64,000 bases of DNA from Candidatus Altimarinota bacterium. Its GTDB lineage: Bacteria > Patescibacteriota > Gracilibacteria > UBA4473. The notes below the pieces were generated by a model. The model saw only the letters and a list, made by a program, of their open reading frames with translations. It made no database searches and was not told the origin of the DNA. Made by a program: the position numbers and the translations under genes. Positions 57,364-64,000 of the stretch are shown in pieces. Position 1 is the first letter of the stretch, and every line of letters starts with the position of its first letter. Location: the NCBI GenBank assembly GCA_018608565.1, contig JABAZT010000020.1, positions 60,202-124,201 of the forward strand, read 5' to 3'.

Positions 57364-59882
57364 AGACCTTCCCAAACAATATAACACTGCCCCTCAAACT
57401 CAAAACACTCCGTAATCATTCGCTCATCATCAAATCTTGCCTGTAAATCATCACTCTCAAGAGACTCAAAACTATCAAATCGTTCTATCAAAACACCATC
57501 AATCATTTCTCCAGAATTATATGCCTGAACAATAGATTCCTGGTTTCGTTGAAAACAATCTCTACTTTCCAATTTCTCTTCATAACCATATCGAAAGAGC
57601 CACATCGGCTTACTATCTCCAATTTTTGTTAAACCTACCCCCACAGCACCTCTATCTGAAACATAATGACAAAAGGCTTTGTTTCTCAGTGACGCATAAG
57701 AGTGAATAACCGCATCATCCTCCACCAACTCAAACCGAGCCAAATGGGTAATCGCTCCAATTCGAAACTTTTGCTGACAATCAGGGTTCACATAGTTGGA
57801 CACAAACACAGAGGCATCCTCCCCTCTATCACGATCAGGACGGATCACCGACATTCCCTCTGGGATTCGATCTTCCCCCTCTTTCCGGAACACCAAGATG
57901 ATCTGTGACTCAGGATCTTCCAGAGTAGTTACAATTCCCGCCGACAAAGAAGGAATCAACCCTGGATCAATTTCCCGATGGGCATTTCCCGCCCCATATC
58001 GCCAGAGTCGATACGCCCGAATATCAAATTTTTCAGGCTGAAGATAATTATCCGGATTATCCATATCTTCAGACGATCGGATCAAACTTCCTCCATTGAT
58101 CACCTCCACCTCAAGACGATCTTCAAAAGACTCCACTTTATCCCAATCAATTTTTCCCACCGAATCCACACAGTTTCGAACAGACATCCCAAACGCCATC
58201 AAATCCAACCCAAAATAATCTTCTTCCAACACGGCACCTCCTTTTGCTAAAAATTTACGAAACAACTCAATTCCCCTTTGTATCAGTATTTGGTATGAAC
58301 TACTATCTTCATTCTCTTTCTCAAATGATTCTCCCAACACAATCATCTCTCCAAACCGCTCCAACAACGTCATAATTTCCTGAGAATCCTCCATCTCTCC
58401 AATAGAAAAAATAAGATCTCGAACAAAACTCCCATCCCCCTGAGAACAGATCAAAAAGGCACGTAACAGATTTGATCTCCCCCCTACCGTATTAAACCGA
58501 GATAATACCTTCCTCAACCGATCAAACGTCTCATCTGACTGATCCTGCAACGCAATAACCAGCCAAACCCGTATCTCCTGCGGCAACACCATAAAAGGAC
58601 AAACACTATACATATCCTGATTCGGAGTCAGTTTGTACGACAACGCCGCCATAGTACTGGCTGTATCGAGCTCTCTCGCCACATATCCAATTTCTCTTGG
58701 AACATCAGCCCCAAATTTTGTAGCAATTCGCTGACCAAAATCCGCATAAGAAAAAACTTCACCAGTATTCATATCCCGTAAATGTTGAGGTTCTCCTTTG
58801 TCATTCGAAATAGTTTGAAAACCCTCCTCAGGTTTACCTTCAACTTCAAAATTAGCATCCCCAGCCCGAAAACTTCTCTGTCGACGAATTATATCTCTCG
58901 CGTCTTCTGGAGTATTCACCGATTGTAACTGCATCATTCCGCCCAAAATTCTATGCATTCCATCCGCTGGATCATCTTCAAAAGTGATTTTTCTAACAAT
59001 CTTCTGAACGAGCCAATTATCAGGAATTCTCATTTTACAAACCTTCATAATATCCATCATTCCTGGTTGTTCTCCATGATGAACCATAATATCTCGAATC
59101 ACCTGCAAAAACCCCACCATCTTCAGAACTCCAAATTTTTCTCGCAACAAGACCTCAGCCCCAGCCATTAACTCAATCCTAAAACCACCACTCAACTTCC
59201 CTCTATCCTCACTATTCATCAAAAAAGCCACACTGGCCATTCCAGTTTCATACCTTTCCTCTACTAATTCCGTTCTCTCTATATTTATAACCGCCAATGA
59301 CTCAATCGCTTTCGCAACCAATCTTGAACCCTCTAGATTTTCGAACTCATCTCCCATAACGGTGGATACCAAATCTTTCAAATACACAAGTACCGATTCT
59401 GAAACTGATTCTTTCAACCCTTCTAATTCCTGAAGCACTAAATCTTCTTCTTTATCTATAATTTCAGCCTCAACCAAAACTTCACCCTTATAATTTCTAG
59501 CATTAACATACCAGTCCTCCATTTTCCAAAGAAGCATTTCCTCTCTTTCTAAGGATTCTAGAATTATATGTCGAACCACCTGGCAATAAAGCAAGAAGTG
59601 AACTTGATCTTCTGAATTACATCCACTACTCAAAACCTCCACCTCTACCTGAGTCAAAAATTCCTTCCAATAAATAACCTCTAACACCTTTTTCTTCATC
59701 TCATATTGCACTTTTTTTCCTGAGATAAGCGACTCAGCTTGCTCCTCTTCTAAAACTTCACCAGAAACCAAAACAGGCAAAATATCATCAACCAGCAAAG
59801 CCTCCCCCCGCTCTAAAACCAAATTCTGCCGCTGTTCAGCAAGCCCTCCAATCAACTGTCCTCCTGATCTAAAAACACTCAT
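57360..59882 (-). CDS. large hypothetical protein
   Basis: 840-aa uninterrupted ORF with no confidently recognised domain. Its stop overlaps the convergent TrmB stop. Confidence 0.5.
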   Translation of the reverse strand: MSVFRSGGQLIGGLAEQRQNLVLERGEALLVDDILPVLVSGEVLEEEQAESLISGKKVQYEMKKKVLEVIYWKEFLTQVEVEVLSSGCNSEDQVHFLLYCQVVRHIILESLEREEMLLWKMEDWYVNARNYKGEVLVEAEIIDKEEDLVLQELEGLKESVSESVLVYLKDLVSTVMGDEFENLEGSRLVAKAIESLAVINIERTELVEERYETGMASVAFLMNSEDRGKLSGGFRIELMAGAEVLLREKFGVLKMVGFLQVIRDIMVHHGEQPGMMDIMKVCKMRIPDNWLVQKIVRKITFEDDPADGMHRILGGMMQLQSVNTPEDARDIIRRQRSFRAGDANFEVEGKPEEGFQTISNDKGEPQHLRDMNTGEVFSYADFGQRIATKFGADVPREIGYVARELDTASTMAALSYKLTPNQDMYSVCPFMVLPQEIRVWLVIALQDQSDETFDRLRKVLSRFNTVGGRSNLLRAFLICSQGDGSFVRDLIFSIGEMEDSQEIMTLLERFGEMIVLGESFEKENEDSSSYQILIQRGIELFRKFLAKGGAVLEEDYFGLDLMAFGMSVRNCVDSVGKIDWDKVESFEDRLEVEVINGGSLIRSSEDMDNPDNYLQPEKFDIRAYRLWRYGAGNAHREIDPGLIPSLSAGIVTTLEDPESQIILVFRKEGEDRIPEGMSVIRPDRDRGEDASVFVSNYVNPDCQQKFRIGAITHLARFELVEDDAVIHSYASLRNKAFCHYVSDRGAVGVGLTKIGDSKPMWLFRYGYEEKLESRDCFQRNQESIVQAYNSGEMIDGVLIERFDSFESLESDDLQARFDDERMITECFEFEGQCYIVWEGL

Positions 59883-59937
59883 TTTACATATTTAATACTT
59901 ATTTTAAATTAAATATCAAGTATTGCTACACACAATA

Positions 59938-59974
59938 AAAAAGAAGCCTGGGCCCAAAGGGCACAAACTTCTTT
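59938..59974 (-). terminator. terminator after the tRNA pair
   Basis: On the minus strand, an imperfect hairpin 'gaagtttgtgccctttgggcccaggcttc' is followed by 'tttttt'. Confidence 0.5.
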
Positions 59975-60049
<75 letters not shown>

Positions 60050-60053
60050 TTCA

Positions 60054-60144
60054 TGGTGCGCAAGAGAGGACTCGAACCTCCACGAGAAAAAATGATCTCA
60101 CTAGCCCCTCAAGCTAGCGCGTCTACCAATTCCGCCACTTGCGC
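60054..60144 (-). tRNA. tRNA-Leu (GAG), class II with long variable arm, CCA encoded
   Basis: The reverse complement is 'gcgcaagtggcggaattggtagacgcgctagcttgaggggctagtgagatcattttttctcgtggaggttcgagtcctctcttgcgcacca'. Anticodon loop ttGAGgg; 91 nt. Confidence 0.9.
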
Positions 60145-60322
60145 GTGTACTTAAATAGTTGGTAAGAGCCGACACAAACTAATCGTTTTTAATCTGAAGT
60201 CAATATTCGTAATTAGATTCTATTTAAATAGGCCTTTAAACAAATCAAATATAAGTCGCCCAATATTACAGATACCCATAAACTAAACACCAGTAATTAC
60301 AACTCCTCCCTCATGTCAAAAT

Positions 60323-63028
60323 TTAAATTTTTTGACTCAATTCTGTTCTATCTATTTGAGCTCCAAATTCTCTTTTTTCGTCATCAGACATAGAAGAATC
60401 GTTTTCTATCAGATAAAGGACAAAAGCTCTCATGTAGTCGTTAATTCCTATTTCTTCTCCATTACTTCCTATATAAGCAGGAAGATATCCAGTAATGGCT
60501 TCATGTCTATAGAGTTGCCTGAGTCTTATGATTGCGGCGGCTCTTTTTGTAGTATCGTCTTGAGAAAAAGAAGCTCGCTGAGAAGGAGTAAGTTTTCTCC
60601 ACGCACCCAATAGATGATTATTTTGTAGTGGGATTGTCCAAACAAGACGCTGACTCTCGTAGATTTCATCAGAATTTTGTTCTAATTCTTTTCTAAATAA
60701 TAATAAAAATCTTTTTTGTATTTCTTCTACTTCCTCAACATCAAGATGAAATTTTGTTACAAGTTCCCTAAATGCAGTTGAACGTAGGTGCTCCGGGGTA
60801 TTAGTAATTATGAATTGAATTTCTTGGCTCGGAAAAATTCCTTCGTTTTCATCTAAATAGTCTTCTTTAATATCTTCAGGAGGCAGTTCATTTGTATTTC
60901 TCATTACCGCATTTTGTTTGAGCCGAGCCACATAGAGTTGTTGTGTTTTTTTTGTTTCTGGGTCTATATGTCCTAGTCTTACTCCTGCTTCATTATTCAT
61001 GACTTTTTTAACTTTTGCGATTCGACGCATAGTTGCTTGTTCTTCAGATGAAAGACTCGCAAAAGTGGTATTATTATCAACTTGAGCCTTTGCCATTCTG
61101 AGTACTTCCAGTTTTTCTTTAGGACCTTTGTTTTTGTAGGTAGATAAGAATATTGAGTATTGTTTCATGATAGTATCAACTCTTGGGTCTTTTTTAATGA
61201 CCTCTAACATATATTCAAATGCTTGTGTATATCTCTCGGTTTCAGTTTTTGATTCGTCTTTTATTATCTTAGTTAGAGTCATAGCATCATCCTCTGTCAT
61301 AAAATTCAAGTCACCACTAGAGATATCCGTGATAGAAGAATCTGCAATAACTGATCTTCGCTTTAGCACGGCTCTCCCAAATTGACCGTGTTGGTATGGA
61401 ACTCCATGAGGGAGATTAATTCGTTCTGCTTCTGTGGAGACTGTTGCGCTTCCCCAATAATCTCCATCATAAAATACGTCAATTTGTGTAGGAATAAACC
61501 GTGTTTTTGCTAATTGCCCAAATTTTACTCCCTCTCTTACTTGTTGTTTTTCAGGAGTTCTGGTTATAAATTTAATTCGTTTTGGATCCATTTTGTTTAT
61601 CCGGAATTGTTCTCGGATGGCGTTTTTTTGTGCTTCTAAATCCTCTTTGAATCGTATTCGAATATTTCCGGGAAGTTCGACTCCATGCATATTAACCCAT
61701 TTGTCACCAACATCTTGCGCATGTTTTACTCCCGAAGCCCCTTGTCTGAGATCTTGGAGAGTAAATTGAGTGGCCATTTTTTGGGATTTTACAACAGCAT
61801 TCTCTAAATGAATAGCCCTTCTAATAATTTCACTTTTAAGCTTTGTATCGATGGGAGTTCTCATAATACTTGTTGATTCTTCATAACGAGATTTTTCTTG
61901 CTCTTGCTTCTCTGCTTCGATGGCTTGAGTTTGAGCCTCGTGTAGTGCTATATCTTCTTCAAGTTTATTGAGTGTTGTTGTTATATCTTCTTTTATTGGC
62001 TCAAATCCTTCTAGGTTTGGTGTGTATCCACTTGCAAGTATTTGTTGTGCGGCTTGCTTGCTTTTTCTTATTCGGTCTATTTGTTCGGTTGTTATTTTGA
62101 CCAGGTCTTTATGATGGTCATATTCAGCAAATGATTGCCCAAGCTTCCCTTGGGTCGGACGTTCTTTTCCTTGAAAGTGATTTCCCTTTTTTAGATTTCC
62201 TTTATCATCGGCTACAAAAGTTCTGAGAATTCCATTGTTATCTTCTGCAGAAAATATTATTTTCCCTATCTTTCCTCCCTCAAATGTATTTCTTGGATAG
62301 ATATTTATGATCATGAGATCCGCATTTGGATTATTAACTCCATATTCTGCAAATATTTTCAGATTAAAGGCCTTTACATGCGCTAGTCTCTCGAATTGAG
62401 AAGTTTTATTAGTCGTTTGTAATGCTTTAATTTTGCGTATCAGATCTATCTTACTTAGTGTTACTAGCTTTTGGGCTGCTTCGAGAACTTCTTCTGAGTT
62501 AAGTTGTTTCTCTGTATCATTTTGTTTTATACCAGTGATATCATGATCTAACCCTTGGCTTTGAAGTAATTCGAGATTATGCATTGCATTGCTGTCAATG
62601 TTTCTTCTATCAAAGGTTATGGATCCGTCACCCAAAACCACAACATCACTAACAGATCCTGTATCAGAAAGAAGACTGAGATAATCGTCTACAGATTTGG
62701 GAATTACTGCGTAGACCATTTCAGGTCTCGCTTGATACGGACTATAAACCGGTTCAACAGGAGCAATATTGGATGATCCGGTTTTCCCTTTCCCCTTTCC
62801 TCCCATCTGCTGACCAATAGTTGTATGTGGTTGAGGCCTTTCTGAATTTTTAAAGATTCCAATATTTCCTTGCCCAATAACAGGCTCTACTATCAAACTT
62901 AAAATTAAACAAACAAAACATCTAGCTAACCTTTTTGATTTAAGATCTGTTGGCAAGGCTTCCCATGCCTGATATATAATGTCTTCTATTTTACCATGGT
63001 TTGACTCCTCGCCCAAAGATAATGACAT
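60323..63028 (-). CDS. large secreted hypothetical protein (AT-rich gene)
   Basis: 901 aa. Signal-like 'LARCFVCLILSLIVEPVIGQG', a 'GGKGKGKTGSS' linker, mostly helical with K/E-rich stretches, no recognised domain. Confidence 0.55.
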   Translation of the reverse strand: MSLSLGEESNHGKIEDIIYQAWEALPTDLKSKRLARCFVCLILSLIVEPVIGQGNIGIFKNSERPQPHTTIGQQMGGKGKGKTGSSNIAPVEPVYSPYQARPEMVYAVIPKSVDDYLSLLSDTGSVSDVVVLGDGSITFDRRNIDSNAMHNLELLQSQGLDHDITGIKQNDTEKQLNSEEVLEAAQKLVTLSKIDLIRKIKALQTTNKTSQFERLAHVKAFNLKIFAEYGVNNPNADLMIINIYPRNTFEGGKIGKIIFSAEDNNGILRTFVADDKGNLKKGNHFQGKERPTQGKLGQSFAEYDHHKDLVKITTEQIDRIRKSKQAAQQILASGYTPNLEGFEPIKEDITTTLNKLEEDIALHEAQTQAIEAEKQEQEKSRYEESTSIMRTPIDTKLKSEIIRRAIHLENAVVKSQKMATQFTLQDLRQGASGVKHAQDVGDKWVNMHGVELPGNIRIRFKEDLEAQKNAIREQFRINKMDPKRIKFITRTPEKQQVREGVKFGQLAKTRFIPTQIDVFYDGDYWGSATVSTEAERINLPHGVPYQHGQFGRAVLKRRSVIADSSITDISSGDLNFMTEDDAMTLTKIIKDESKTETERYTQAFEYMLEVIKKDPRVDTIMKQYSIFLSTYKNKGPKEKLEVLRMAKAQVDNNTTFASLSSEEQATMRRIAKVKKVMNNEAGVRLGHIDPETKKTQQLYVARLKQNAVMRNTNELPPEDIKEDYLDENEGIFPSQEIQFIITNTPEHLRSTAFRELVTKFHLDVEEVEEIQKRFLLLFRKELEQNSDEIYESQRLVWTIPLQNNHLLGAWRKLTPSQRASFSQDDTTKRAAAIIRLRQLYRHEAITGYLPAYIGSNGEEIGINDYMRAFVLYLIENDSSMSDDEKREFGAQIDRTELSQKI

Positions 63029-63216
63029 TTTAAATAAATTAATTAAAATAATATCAACATCTTGTATAATAATATTAAAAATCAGTGCAAATGATTTTTA
63101 ATAAAAAACACAATGTATATTTGACAACTATTTTAATTGCAATTCTTTTGAGCTATAGAAAAAACTCTATAGCCCATCCATCACGAATAAAACAAAATCC
63201 TAACCTTTCCCTCTTT

Positions 63217-63999
63217 CTAACTTTCTCCCCCCAACCTCAACGCATACCGAGTATGCCGTCGCTCCCCCGTCCGACTCAGTATCCCCATATCCGTCAGTCG
63301 CTGTAGATCCCGCGTAGCGGTACTCGAAGTCGTATCCGTGATCGAAATGTATTTCTCTGCACTCAGTCCTCCCTCAAATCCTTCAGGCTCCGCCGCAAAA
63401 AGTTTTTCAATCACCTTCACCTGTCGCTCATTGAGCTTATGTTCGTCATAGATCTGTGTTTTTTTGAGCGTGAGTTCTATCTTCCGGAGCGTATATTTCT
63501 GCGCACTCAGGATCGTCTGCCCCAGATACAAGATCCAATCAGTTACCTCCATCTGCTGATTATTTCGTTCCAACGCCTGATAGTAGTCCGATTGCTTGAG
63601 TCGGATAATATGGGAGAGATTGGTGAGAGCAGGAGTTTTTTGATATTGAGACAAAGCCTTCTCTACCAACGCCCGAGAAACCCGTCCATTTCCATCCTCA
63701 AACGGATGAATCGAAACAAAATACAAATGCGCCAGACTCGCCCGAACCAGAGGAGAAAGCGTCGCCTCCGTCGAATTAAACCACGCAATAAAACCCTCCA
63801 TCTCATCATCCATCTGCACAGATGGAGGTGCTTCAAAATGAACCTTGGGATTGCCATACGGTCCACTGATGATCTGCATCGGTTCCACACTCGTCCGATA
63901 CGCCCCGACCTGTTCGAGGTGTTCATAACCACTCGTGATCTGCTCATGCCAGAGACAGAGCATCGTATGACTTAGCGGTTTCTTAAACTCCTGAAACAC
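63217..63999 (-). CDS. Fic-domain protein (AMPylase family) with C-terminal wHTH; 5' end probably beyond the window
   Basis: Canonical motif 'HPFEDGNGRVSRAL' and C-terminal 'ATRDLQRLTDMGILSRTGERRHTRYAL'. The ORF runs to the window edge. Confidence 0.85.
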   Translation of the reverse strand: MFQEFKKPLSHTMLCLWHEQITSGYEHLEQVGAYRTSVEPMQIISGPYGNPKVHFEAPPSVQMDDEMEGFIAWFNSTEATLSPLVRASLAHLYFVSIHPFEDGNGRVSRALVEKALSQYQKTPALTNLSHIIRLKQSDYYQALERNNQQMEVTDWILYLGQTILSAQKYTLRKIELTLKKTQIYDEHKLNERQVKVIEKLFAAEPEGFEGGLSAEKYISITDTTSSTATRDLQRLTDMGILSRTGERRHTRYALRLGGES

Positions 64000-64000
64000 A

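Noticed and set aside
57360-59882. A possible GNAT acetyltransferase domain near the C-terminus of the 840-aa protein ('QQKFRIGAITHLARFEL').
   Set aside because: It lacks a convincing Q/R-x-x-G-x-G/A motif, and I could not trace the surrounding beta-strand pattern by eye. Left as hypothetical.

Overview
AT-rich, very compact bacterial window using the standard genetic code: TGA ends several genes and ORFs up to 1272 aa are uninterrupted. Most starts lack an obvious Shine-Dalgarno sequence. By inference only, the gene content looks like a CPR/Patescibacteria-type genome. It has giant PKD-repeat surface proteins carrying TrbC/VirB2-like 2-TM pilin modules, a VIT-vWA-SLH protein, a 23S-5S rRNA operon with no 16S, and many large ORFans. 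Recognisable housekeeping genes are rplJ-rplL, topA, class II fructose-bisphosphate aldolase, proline iminopeptidase, a GT4 WecA/MraY-like transferase, NUDIX and HAD hydrolases, an MFS transporter, and three tRNAs (elongator-type CAT, initiator fMet, Leu-GAG). Region ~17.8-30.4 kb looks like an integrative island next to the tRNA(CAT). A large serine recombinase overlaps the tRNA 3' end. The island also holds an ORF-poor control region with a 59-aa YegP-like gene missed by the ORF track, an XRE-ImmA fusion, a tyrosine recombinase, a metal/thiol-redox cassette flanked by 36-bp perfect direct repeats, and a stand-alone Spo11/Topo VI-A-like protein. Other points of interest: a MITE-like dispersed element (three copies); a kinase-like ORF split by one in-frame TGA; a densely nested inverted-repeat region at 23.3-23.5 kb; and a same-strand block of large uncharacterised proteins at 49.5-59.9 kb. 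That block includes a degenerate IDH/IMDH-superfamily protein, a repeat protein, a sigma-region-4-like tail and a duplicated intergenic module. An AT-rich 901-aa secreted ORFan sits next to a Fic gene at the right edge. All family assignments come from motif recognition by eye; no database search was possible.
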